A stretch of 61,551 bases of DNA from Armatimonadetes bacterium 13_1_40CM_64_14. Its GTDB lineage: Bacteria > Sysuimicrobiota > Sysuimicrobiia > Sysuimicrobiales > Kaftiobacteriaceae. The translations under genes and the position numbers were made by a program. Location of the stretch: contig MNEU01000063.1 of assembly GCA_001917855.1 (NCBI GenBank), positions 1-61,551 of the forward strand, read 5' to 3'. The notes below the pieces were generated by a model. It did not search any database. It was given only the letters and a program-made list of their open reading frames with translations, and had not been told where the DNA came from. This document shows positions 32,529-41,151 of the stretch, piece by piece. The stretch's first letter is position 1; every line of letters starts with the position of its first letter.

Positions 32529-33635
32529 GTGTCTGTGATGGCGCGGCCTGTGCCTGTCCGTGGTTTAACCGAAGGTGCCGTGCTGGCTGTCGTCGTGGCC
32601 GTGTTGGCCGTCGCGGCGACGTACATCCCGCTCGCGGGAGCGGCGGCATTTTTTCTGTGCCCGCTGCCCCTCACTGTCCTCACAGTCCGGCACGGCCTGC
32701 GCGTAGCGTTGCTCGCGGCGGCGGTCGCTGCTGCCATCGGGACGATGGTGGGCGGCATTCTCATTGGGTCCAGCATCACGGTGGCGTTTGCGCCCTTAGG
32801 GCTCGCCATGGGCATTGGTATCAGGCGGGGTTTGTCGTCGACAGGGATTTGGTTGCTCACCTCGGCCGTGTCGGCAGTGTCCACGGTTGCCAGCGCTCTC
32901 CTAGCACTATTGGGTATTGGGCAGGACCCTCGCCGCCTGCTGGCGCAGATCATCGAGGAATCCGCCCGGAACCAGCAGTCGGTGGTCCAGCTGTATGAGC
33001 GCCTGGGCATCTACACAGCCGATGTGCGCCAGGCGGTCGCACAGACGGAGCAACTCATGAGGCTGTTGCCGTGGTTGCTGCCATTCTTGCTCATCGGGAG
33101 CGTGGCGGTGATCGCCTACCTGAATCTCTTGGTGGGACGACCAGTCCTGCGCCGCCTGCGCATAGACGTGCCGGCCTTTCCTCCCCTGTCGACGTGGCGG
33201 GTCCCGTCGTGGTTCCTGTGGACGCTGCCCGTTGGCATGCTGCGCCTGATCCTCTCCGGCGCGGCCTGGCCGCCCCGCCCCATCCCGGAGGCGACGTTGC
33301 GGGTGTTATCCCCGGATCACGTCGCGGCGATTGTCGGGCCGGCGGTCGTCCGCTATCCGCTCCTTGAGGCGGCAGGGATGAATCTTGTGATGCTCGCCCA
33401 GGCGGTGTTCTCCCCGCTGGGGCTGATCACGGGATGGGTCTTGATGGAGCGTTACAACGTCCCCGGGTGGTATCGTTGGTTCCTGATCTTCCTGGCAGTC
33501 ACATCGCCGATGCTCACCCTCGTCGCACTCTTTCTGGGGTTAGCCGATGCATCGTATGACCTGCGGTCTCGATGGCGCCAGATCGCAGCCGCATCGGCAA
33601 CACCCGCGCGCGATCCCGCGGGGAGACGACCATGA
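32529..33635 (+). CDS. DUF2232 / YybS-like polytopic membrane protein
   Basis: Multi-TM protein in the conserved position between rpsR and rplI. AAGGTGG RBS 7 nt upstream of the GTG start. Confidence 0.65.
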   Translation: MSVMARPVPVRGLTEGAVLAVVVAVLAVAATYIPLAGAAAFFLCPLPLTVLTVRHGLRVALLAAAVAAAIGTMVGGILIGSSITVAFAPLGLAMGIGIRRGLSSTGIWLLTSAVSAVSTVASALLALLGIGQDPRRLLAQIIEESARNQQSVVQLYERLGIYTADVRQAVAQTEQLMRLLPWLLPFLLIGSVAVIAYLNLLVGRPVLRRLRIDVPAFPPLSTWRVPSWFLWTLPVGMLRLILSGAAWPPRPIPEATLRVLSPDHVAAIVGPAVVRYPLLEAAGMNLVMLAQAVFSPLGLITGWVLMERYNVPGWYRWFLIFLAVTSPMLTLVALFLGLADASYDLRSRWRQIAAASATPARDPAGRRP

Positions 33636-34078
33636 AGGTTCTCCTCCTTCAGGATGTCAAAGGGCTGGGCGAGCACGGGACGGTCAAGGAAGTGAAGGAT
33701 GGCTATGCCCGCAACTACCTCCTTCCGCGTGGGCTGGCCCTGGAAGCGACCGCAGGGAATCTGCAGCTGCAGCAGCGGCATCAACAGGCCACCGAGCAGC
33801 GGGTGCAGCGGACACAAGAAGAGATGCGAGTAGTGGTGGCCGCCTTGGCCCAGGCGGTCGTGGAACTGCGGGCCAAGGGGGGCGAAGGCGGGCGGCTGTT
33901 TGGTTCGGTCACCGCCGACGACATCGCCCAGGCACTGGCCGCACGAGGGTTTGCGATTACGAAGAAGCAGATCGAACTGAACGACCCCATCAAGACCGCC
34001 GGGTTTTACACAGTACCCGTGCGAGTGGGGCCGGGGGTCGTGGCCCGCGTTGACCTCAACGTGATTGCCACGCCATGA
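33632..34078 (+). CDS. rplI: 50S ribosomal protein L9
   Basis: [40 protein letters not shown] overlap with the yybS-like stop. Confidence 0.93.
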   Translation: MKVLLLQDVKGLGEHGTVKEVKDGYARNYLLPRGLALEATAGNLQLQQRHQQATEQRVQRTQEEMRVVVAALAQAVVELRAKGGEGGRLFGSVTADDIAQALAARGFAITKKQIELNDPIKTAGFYTVPVRVGPGVVARVDLNVIATP

Positions 34079-36060
34079 CTACGCGTTCGGCCAAGGCCGT
34101 GCGGCAGGTCAATCCCACGGGGAAGGTCACCAGCCGGGAATCTCTGAAACGGAAGGCCGCCGCTCTCTTCGGGGTCCTCGGCAGCCTGCTGGGGCCTGAG
34201 CGTCTAGCGCGTCGCGCGGATAAGGTCGGGGCGCGGGTGTTGATGAACAGCCGACAGGTCGGACGGCGCGTGCTCGCCCTGCAGCGGTTGATCTACGAAG
34301 ACGCCTCGTTATCCACCGTCCCGCGCGAGAGCGAGATCCCCGCCGTCTTAGACGACCTGCAAGAGCGCGTGGCCGATCTCATGGCGCGGAAGACGGTGGA
34401 AGACGAACTCGACCGCCGCGTCGCCGATCGCATGCGCGAACGGCAGGATGAATATCTGCGCGGGCTGCGCAGGCAGGTGCTGCAAGAGACCGGGGGACCC
34501 GAAACCGAGGTGACCCGTCGCAAGCTGGCGGAACTCCAGCAGCTCGAGCAGGTCCGCGTGGCGCGCACCGCCCTCGAAGCGCTGCGGCCGCGGCGCCTGT
34601 CGCAGGTCGTGGGCCAGGAACGGGCGGTGCGCTCCCTGCTGGCCAAGCTTGCCGTGCCGGTTCCGCAGCACGTGATCCTGTACGGCCCGCCCGGCGTCGG
34701 CAAGACCACGGTGGCGCGCTTGGTTCTGGAGGAAGCGAAGAAATTGCCGGGCAGTCCGTTTGGCCAAGCGGCACCGTTTATCGAGGTCGACGGGTCCACG
34801 CTGCGGTGGGATTCCCGTGAAGCCACCAATCCGTTGCTGGGGTCCGTGCACGATCCCATCTACCAAGGTACGCGGCGGGAGTTCGCCGATCTGGGAATCC
34901 CGGAGCCCAAGCTCGGACTCGTCACCAAAGCGCACGGCGGGGTTCTGTTTGTTGATGAGATCGGAGAGCTGGACGCTGTGCTCCAGGCGAAACTCTTGAA
35001 AGTGCTCGAGGACAAGCGGATCTACTTCGAGTCGTCGTACTTCGACCCGGACAACCCTAGCTTGCCGGCGTACATTCGCAAGCTGTTTGCTAGCGGGGCA
35101 CCCGCGGACTTCCTCCTCATCGGGGCGACGACCAAAGAACCCGAAGAGATCAGCCCGACCCTGCGCTCGCGGTGTTCCGAGGTCTTCTTCGACCCGCTGT
35201 CGCAAGAAGATATCCAGAAGATCGTACGGCAGGCTGCGCGCCGGCTGGGGGTGGAGACGGGCCCCGAGGTCCCCGGGGTGATCAGCGACTACACGATCGA
35301 AGGCCGCCGGGCGGTCAATATGTTGGCCGATGCTTATGGGGTGGCGCTGTACCGACGGCTCGGACGCGCGCCGCGAAACGCCTCGCGTAATCGGCACGCG
35401 CGCCCATCAGGCGGGGGGAGGCGGCCGCGCATCATGGTGGCCGATCTCTTCGAGGTCATCCGGTCCGGACGGCTCGCTGCCAGTACCCCGGTGAAGGCCT
35501 CCAGCGTCGCCGAGGTCGGTAAAGTGTTTGCCCTGGGCGTCACCGCGTATGTGGGGTCGGTGATTGAGATCGAAGCGACGGCGTTTCCCGTCGGGAAGCG
35601 CCAGCGCGGGGCGATTCGTTTTAATGAAACCGCCGGGACCATGGCCAAGGACTCCGTGTTCAACGCTGCGTCGGTCATCCGGAAAGTCACGGGGGTGGAT
35701 GTCGGCAACTACGACATCCACGTCAACGTCATTGGCGGTGGGTTGATTGACGGTCCCAGTGCTGGCCTAGCCGTCGTGGTGGCGATGCTGAGCGCTGTCC
35801 AGCGCCAGACCGTTCGGCAAGATGTGGCGATGACGGGCGAGGTGTCGATTCAAGGGAAGATCAAGCAGGTGGGGGGGATTCCGGAAAAGATCTACGGCGC
35901 CCGCCAGGCCGGCATGCGCAAGGTGATCATCCCGGCCGAGAACAAGACGGACGTGCCCTCAGATGTGAAGGGAATCAGTGTGGTGCTGGCCTCCACCATT
36001 GAGGAAGTGATCCCTCATGTCCTGGGGCAACCGCAGAAGCGGCCGACCCCGGCGTCCTAA
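34075..36060 (+). CDS. Lon-family ATP-dependent protease (LonC-like, no Lon N domain)
   Basis: AAA+ Walker [10 protein letters not shown] and Walker [10 protein letters not shown]. Lon proteolytic domain with Ser in DGPSAGLA and Lys in [10 protein letters not shown]. Confidence 0.85.
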   Translation: MTTRSAKAVRQVNPTGKVTSRESLKRKAAALFGVLGSLLGPERLARRADKVGARVLMNSRQVGRRVLALQRLIYEDASLSTVPRESEIPAVLDDLQERVADLMARKTVEDELDRRVADRMRERQDEYLRGLRRQVLQETGGPETEVTRRKLAELQQLEQVRVARTALEALRPRRLSQVVGQERAVRSLLAKLAVPVPQHVILYGPPGVGKTTVARLVLEEAKKLPGSPFGQAAPFIEVDGSTLRWDSREATNPLLGSVHDPIYQGTRREFADLGIPEPKLGLVTKAHGGVLFVDEIGELDAVLQAKLLKVLEDKRIYFESSYFDPDNPSLPAYIRKLFASGAPADFLLIGATTKEPEEISPTLRSRCSEVFFDPLSQEDIQKIVRQAARRLGVETGPEVPGVISDYTIEGRRAVNMLADAYGVALYRRLGRAPRNASRNRHARPSGGGRRPRIMVADLFEVIRSGRLAASTPVKASSVAEVGKVFALGVTAYVGSVIEIEATAFPVGKRQRGAIRFNETAGTMAKDSVFNAASVIRKVTGVDVGNYDIHVNVIGGGLIDGPSAGLAVVVAMLSAVQRQTVRQDVAMTGEVSIQGKIKQVGGIPEKIYGARQAGMRKVIIPAENKTDVPSDVKGISVVLASTIEEVIPHVLGQPQKRPTPAS

Positions 36061-36192
36061 CGCCGGGTCATCCCGTTTCCCCAGGTTATCCCCAGCAAAT
36101 TTCGCCTAGTATCCCCCGAAATTGGCCCTTTACCCACAAGGTAATCAACAGCCCGAGTTGTGAATTTTAAGCAGTCATCCAGCCCGTACGCC

Positions 36193-36222
36193 TTGACAGG
36201 CGTACATTTGTTCGCGTACTAT
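36193..36222 (+). promoter_or_regulatory. dnaB promoter: TTGACA-N18-TACTAT with SOS-box-like CGTACATTTGTTCG (36201-36214) in the spacer
   Basis: Read directly. Same spacing and layout as the lexA promoter at 14162-14191. Confidence 0.55.
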
Positions 36223-36254
36223 GCAATCGCCAGCACCGAACGGAGGTTCGCTGA

Positions 36255-39200
36255 GTGTCGATTCCCACTTCCTCCATTGAACGGGTTCCCCCTCAGAACC
36301 TGGAAGCTGAGCAGGGGGTGCTCGGTTCGATGCTGCTGGACCGCGACGCCATCGCGCGTGTCGTGGAACTCGTCCGCTCCATCGACTTCTACCGGGATGC
36401 CCACCGCCGCATTTACGACACCATTGCAGAACTGTTTGAGCGCGGGGAGCCCGTGGACCTCATCACCGTCACCGATCGCCTGCGCGACAAAGGGCAGCTG
36501 GATGACGTCGGGGGGGCGACCTACGTGACCGCGTTGCTCAACACCGTCGCCACCGCTGCCAACGTGGAATACTACGCCCGCATCGTGCTTCAAAAGTCGA
36601 TGCTCCGCCAGCTCATTACGGCCGGGACCGAGATCGCCCACCTGGGGTTCGAAGGCGAGAATGACGTAGAACTGCTGGTCGATCGCGCGGAGAAGCTGGT
36701 CTACAGCATCGCCAACCGCCGCTTGATTCAGGAGTTTCTGCCGATTCGGGAGATCCTCAAAGAGAGTTTCGAACGCATCGACCGCCGCTACCAAGACAAA
36801 GGGACCGTCACCGGCGTGGCAACGGGGTTCACGGATATCGACCAGCTCACCAGTGGCTTGCAGCCTGCCGACCTGGTCATTGTTGCCGCGCGGCCGGCGA
36901 TGGGGAAGTGCCTGAAGTACGATGCGGAGATCGTGGACGCGCGCACAGGAGAAGTCTGCACGATCCAGGAGATCGTGAGCCGGCGGACAGCACAGTTGTG
37001 GACGCTCGATGCGCAGGGGCGGCTGCACACAACGACCCCGTCGCAATTCGTCGATGACGGGATCAAGCCGGTGTACCGGGTGCGGACCGCCTCCGGGCGC
37101 GAGGTGGAGACCACGCGATCGCATCCGTTCCTGACCCCGTCCGGGTGGAGACCGCTCGCCGAGGTGGCGGTGGGGGACCTGATCGCGGTGCCCGCGCGTC
37201 TGGCGGTCTTCGGCGACAACGACTTGCCGGCCTATGAGGTGAAATTGCTGGCCTATCTGTGCGCAGAGACGATGCCGACCTCCCCGGGGCTCGCGCACGA
37301 CTATGCCGACGCCGTTGCGGTCGGGGAAGCGATTCGCGCGGCGACCAAACCAGCCTCGCATCCTGCAGATAAATCAGCGTCGCTGCCGGCGGCTCCTACC
37401 TACCATCCGATCCGAGGTGCGGCGGTGCCGGAAGCCGTGGGCATGCTGCTGGCGCGCCATCGGGCGCTGGCCGGTCCCGCGCAGTCCCGGGCGATTCCTG
37501 GTCTCGTGTTCACGTTACCCCGCGCCAAGCTCGCACTCTTTCTCTCGCGGTTACTGGCATGCACGGGAGGCGTCGAGACCGAGCAGAGCGAGGAAAACGC
37601 CGCAGACATGCAGGTGGCCGTACGCTGCGCGGTGCCGTCGCCGCGAATGGCTCGACAGATACAACATCTGCTGCTGCGCTTTGGCGTCGCATCGACGGTC
37701 CAGGGAACCGCTCTTGCAGCCACGGGTGTGCACGCCCGCATGCTATTGCGCGAAGTCGGGGTCATGGGGTGGGAGCGGCTGCGGACCTGGGCGCGTCATG
37801 ATCAGACCCAGTTGCTGGAGACTCCGGATATTCTGTGGGATCCAGTTGCGACCATCGAGTATACGGGCGACGTCCAAGTGTACGACCTCACAGTGCCCCA
37901 GACCCACAACTTCATAGCCGGCGACGTGTGCGTCCACAACACGACGTTTGCGATGAATATCGCGCAGCATGCCGCGATTCACTATCAAGTCCCGTGCGCC
38001 ATCTTCAGCCTGGAGACGTCCAAAGAACAGCTCGTGCAGCGCTTCCTGTGCGCAGAGGCGGAGGTCGACGGCAGTAAGTTGCGCACGGGATTCCTGACCG
38101 ACGCCGACTGGCCTAAACTGGCCCGGGCCATGGGCCGGTTGTCGGAAGCGCCGGTGTTCATCGACGACTCCGCCACCATTTCGGTAATCGAGATGCGCGC
38201 CAAGGCTCGGAAACTGAAGGCGGAGCACGGCTTGGGGCTGATCGTCGTGGACTATCTCCAGATGATCCAATCCTACAAGCGCACGGAGAATCGCACCCAG
38301 GAAATTTCGGAAATCGCGCGCTCGCTGAAGTCGCTAGCCAAGGAACTCGACATCCCGCTGATCGCGATCTCGCAGCTGTCACGCGCGGTGGAGGTGACCG
38401 GCACGAGGCGGCCGATGTTGTCACATCTTCGTGAATGCGTGACTGCTGATACAGTCGTCTGGGATGCCGATACGGGACGGCGGTGGACGGTTGGAGAACT
38501 AGCCGCTAGGCGAAGCTGGCCGCGGCTGCTGTCGCTAGATTCCCGTGGCAGACTCATCCCTGTTAGGCCAGCGAGTGTTTTTGAGAAGGGCGAAAATGAG
38601 GTTTTCGAGGTGAGAACCAGCACGGGTAGGCGGCTGAAAGCCACGGCTAATCACCCTGTTCTGACCCCTGACGGCTGGAAGAAGATCCATGAACTACGCC
38701 CCGGATCCCTTCTTGCTGCGGCTCGTCGCCTGCCTGTGTTCAACCGGGTGGGGGCAACCATAACCGCTGGTCGCGCCAAGGTTCTTGGTTATCTCATTGG
38801 GGATGGCAGTTATAAGCGCCATAATAGCGTCTCATTTTGTAGTTCTGATCGCCTTACGTATGAAGATTGTGTTGCAATTGCTGAGGGTGAATTCGGCATC
38901 GTCTCCAGGCATCGACCAGTAAGAGGGATTCCTGTAGCAGCGTTCGTTGCAATCTATCCGTACGCGGGTAGCGTAATGCGTGGCCGACGTTTCGGGAATC
39001 CGCTTAAGTCGTGGCTCCGGGAGTTAGGAGTAGAGGGACAAATTTGTTATACGAAACGGTTCCCGCACCAAATCTTCGACCAAGTCGATGATTCGGGCGC
39101 GCGGGCCTTGCTGCGGGCGCTATTTTCGACCGATGGATGCCTTACACGTCGCAGGTACCGGAACGGGACCTTTCTTTGGTCACTTCATTATGACACTGTG

Positions 39201-39917
39201 AGCCATGGGCTCGCGGATGACGTGCGCGACCTGCTATTGAGATTTAAAATCGTCGCGCAGATGAGCTCAGGATACAAGAGCAAGGTTGCAAGAGTGCCTA
39301 TCTATCGGGTTTGCGTTGAGGACTCCCGCCATCTCGCCCGATTCTGTGAGCAAATCGGCATAGAGGGAAGAAAGCCGTTCCTTGTCGACGAGTGTGCCGC
39401 AGAGCTTGTAACTCGACGCTCCAAGTCCCAAGTTGATCGGTTGCCCCTCGCTGCGACTCGGGCACTGTGGGATCGGAAGGAGAGTCTGGGGCTATCATGG
39501 CGGGAGTTGGGTTTCAGACTTCAGACGGGGAAGACGCTGGACCGATCACGCGCTGCCATCTTGGCCGAACGCCTGAGGGCGAGTGACGTTCTGGAGCAGG
39601 CGACGAATGACATACTGTGGGATCGCGTAGTCGAAATCACACCAAGAGGTATCGAGCCAGTTTTCGATCTGGTCATGCCGGGCACGCATAACTTTATTGG
39701 GAACGGAATCGCCTGCCACAACAGCGGGGAGCTCGAGCAAGTCGCCGATCTTGTCCTATTTATTTACCGCGAAGACTACTACAACCCGGAGACCGAGAAG
39801 AAGAACATCGCCGAGCTCATCATCGCCAAGCACCGCAACGGCCCCATCGGGATGATAGAGTTGTTCTTCCACAAGGAGCACAGCCGCTTCGGGAACCTGG
39901 AAAAGCGGAGGGTCTAA
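36255..39917 (+). CDS. dnaB: replicative DNA helicase DnaB precursor containing two inteins (mature helicase ~447 aa)
   Basis: DnaB N domain (PPQNLEAEQGVLGSML). Walker A split as ARPAMGK|..|TTF. Motif RRPMLSHLRE|..|SGELEQVADLV split by the second insert. C-terminal IIAKHRNGP. Confidence 0.95.
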   Translation: MSIPTSSIERVPPQNLEAEQGVLGSMLLDRDAIARVVELVRSIDFYRDAHRRIYDTIAELFERGEPVDLITVTDRLRDKGQLDDVGGATYVTALLNTVATAANVEYYARIVLQKSMLRQLITAGTEIAHLGFEGENDVELLVDRAEKLVYSIANRRLIQEFLPIREILKESFERIDRRYQDKGTVTGVATGFTDIDQLTSGLQPADLVIVAARPAMGKCLKYDAEIVDARTGEVCTIQEIVSRRTAQLWTLDAQGRLHTTTPSQFVDDGIKPVYRVRTASGREVETTRSHPFLTPSGWRPLAEVAVGDLIAVPARLAVFGDNDLPAYEVKLLAYLCAETMPTSPGLAHDYADAVAVGEAIRAATKPASHPADKSASLPAAPTYHPIRGAAVPEAVGMLLARHRALAGPAQSRAIPGLVFTLPRAKLALFLSRLLACTGGVETEQSEENAADMQVAVRCAVPSPRMARQIQHLLLRFGVASTVQGTALAATGVHARMLLREVGVMGWERLRTWARHDQTQLLETPDILWDPVATIEYTGDVQVYDLTVPQTHNFIAGDVCVHNTTFAMNIAQHAAIHYQVPCAIFSLETSKEQLVQRFLCAEAEVDGSKLRTGFLTDADWPKLARAMGRLSEAPVFIDDSATISVIEMRAKARKLKAEHGLGLIVVDYLQMIQSYKRTENRTQEISEIARSLKSLAKELDIPLIAISQLSRAVEVTGTRRPMLSHLRECVTADTVVWDADTGRRWTVGELAARRSWPRLLSLDSRGRLIPVRPASVFEKGENEVFEVRTSTGRRLKATANHPVLTPDGWKKIHELRPGSLLAAARRLPVFNRVGATITAGRAKVLGYLIGDGSYKRHNSVSFCSSDRLTYEDCVAIAEGEFGIVSRHRPVRGIPVAAFVAIYPYAGSVMRGRRFGNPLKSWLRELGVEGQICYTKRFPHQIFDQVDDSGARALLRALFSTDGCLTRRRYRNGTFLWSLHYDTVSHGLADDVRDLLLRFKIVAQMSSGYKSKVARVPIYRVCVEDSRHLARFCEQIGIEGRKPFLVDECAAELVTRRSKSQVDRLPLAATRALWDRKESLGLSWRELGFRLQTGKTLDRSRAAILAERLRASDVLEQATNDILWDRVVEITPRGIEPVFDLVMPGTHNFIGNGIACHNSGELEQVADLVLFIYREDYYNPETEKKNIAELIIAKHRNGPIGMIELFFHKEHSRFGNLEKRRV
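36909..37940 (+). mobile_element. DnaB intein 1 (344 aa) inserted in the Walker A P-loop between GK and T; endonuclease region looks decayed
   Basis: Starts CLKYDAEIV. Block B TRSHPFLT. Ends YDLTVPQTHNFIAGDVCVHN followed by Thr. Central LAGLIDADG-like remnants LLAYLCAET and FLSRLLACTGG. Confidence 0.9.
38436..39722 (+). mobile_element. DnaB intein 2 (429 aa) inserted between LRE and SGELEQ; intact LAGLIDADG homing-endonuclease motifs; lower GC
   Basis: Starts CVTADTVVW. Block B TANHPVLT. LAGLIDADG motifs VLGYLIGDGS and LLRALFSTDGC. Ends FDLVMPGTHNFIGNGIACHN followed by Ser. Confidence 0.92.
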
Positions 39918-40133
39918 CGCACGCTTCCTCTTCAAGACCAGTCAGCGAGGAATGAAGCAAAAGATTATCGCGGCAAGGCCGTTGGAGCGAGGTGGCATAA
40001 TTCTCCCCTACCAGCCTGCGCGACCGTCGAAAGCTCCGGCTTAGATACCGCGTCGCAAATCCTCTGCGGAATGTCGATTTTTGCGTCCCCGCGTTCGACG
40101 TATTAGTAGATCTCGAGAGCACGAGGAGGCAGG

Positions 40134-40562
40134 ATGATGCGATTCATGGTGTTAGTCAAGGCCAACAAGGACTCAGAGGCGGGCATCCTTCCGAGCACAG
40201 AGCTCCTGACCGCGATGGGGAAGTTCAATCAAGAACTGGCGAAAGCCGGCGTGATGCTCGCGGGCGAGGGGCTCCACCCGAGCTCGAAGGGCGTACGCGT
40301 CAGGTTCTCCGGTGGGAAACCCACCGTGATCGACGGCCCTTTCACCGAGACGAAGGAGCTGATCGCCGGCTTCTGGCTCTGGGAGGTGAAGTCGATGAAA
40401 GAGGCGATCGAGTGGCTCAAGCGCGCTCCGTTCGGCGGGGGGGCCGAGGTCGAGATTCGCCAGGTGTTCGAGGCAGACGACTTCGGTCCTCAGTTCACTC
40501 CCGAGCTCCGAGCACAGGAGGAGCGCCTCCGCGCGCAGACGGCGAAGCGAGCGAAGCCATAA
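40134..40562 (+). CDS. YCII-related (DGPF-motif) protein
   Basis: Motif IDGPFTETKELIAGFWLWEV typical of the YCII/DGPF family. AGGAGG RBS. Confidence 0.8.
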   Translation: MMRFMVLVKANKDSEAGILPSTELLTAMGKFNQELAKAGVMLAGEGLHPSSKGVRVRFSGGKPTVIDGPFTETKELIAGFWLWEVKSMKEAIEWLKRAPFGGGAEVEIRQVFEADDFGPQFTPELRAQEERLRAQTAKRAKP

Positions 40563-40588
40563 TAGGCTAAACCAAAAGAGACGCGGCG

Positions 40589-41011
40589 ATGCGATTCATA
40601 ATCATCGTGAAGGCCACGAAGGACTCGGAAGCTGGCGTGATGCCTGAGGAGAGGGTGTTTGCCGCCATGGCGACCTACCACGAGGAGCTGCAGAAGGCCG
40701 GCGCGCTGCTCGATGCCTCCAGGCTGCAGCCGAGCTCCAAGGGCTGGCGCATCAAGTACTCCGGACAGAAGCGCACCGTGATCGACGGACCCTTTGCCGA
40801 GAGCAAGGAGCTCATCGCCGGTTACACACTCATCCAGGTGAAGTCCAGGGAAGAGGCGATGGCGTGGGCCAGGCGTTTCCCCAATCCCGCCAACCAGGAA
40901 GGCGAGATCGAGGTTCGCCAGCTGTTCGAGCTGGAGGACTTCGGACCCGAGCGAGTCAGTCGAACGCTTTGGGCAGGTGGGGGTCGGGACCTAGAAGGAG
41001 AAGTAGCATGA
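40589..41011 (+). CDS. YCII-related (DGPF-motif) protein, paralog
   Basis: IDGPFAESKELIAGYTLIQV. Collinear with the 40134 gene over its length by eye. Confidence 0.8.
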   Translation: MRFIIIVKATKDSEAGVMPEERVFAAMATYHEELQKAGALLDASRLQPSSKGWRIKYSGQKRTVIDGPFAESKELIAGYTLIQVKSREEAMAWARRFPNPANQEGEIEVRQLFELEDFGPERVSRTLWAGGGRDLEGEVA

Positions 41012-41151
41012 GAAGAGTCGTTGCGGGGCTGTTCATCTCGCTGCGCGGCGTGACAGCCTCGCGAGGGGAGTGAGTTGAAGAGGCTCAAGCTCGTAGGTTC
41101 GAAAACGACCAGCACAGGCGTGCTGATCGCTACCTACAAGCCTCGCTAGCC

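Noticed and set aside
40068-40095. Possible ECF-type promoter GGAAT-N19-CGTT upstream of the YCII/sigma operon.
   Set aside because: The spacer is longer than the 16-17 nt typical of ECF promoters, and both elements are short enough to occur by chance.
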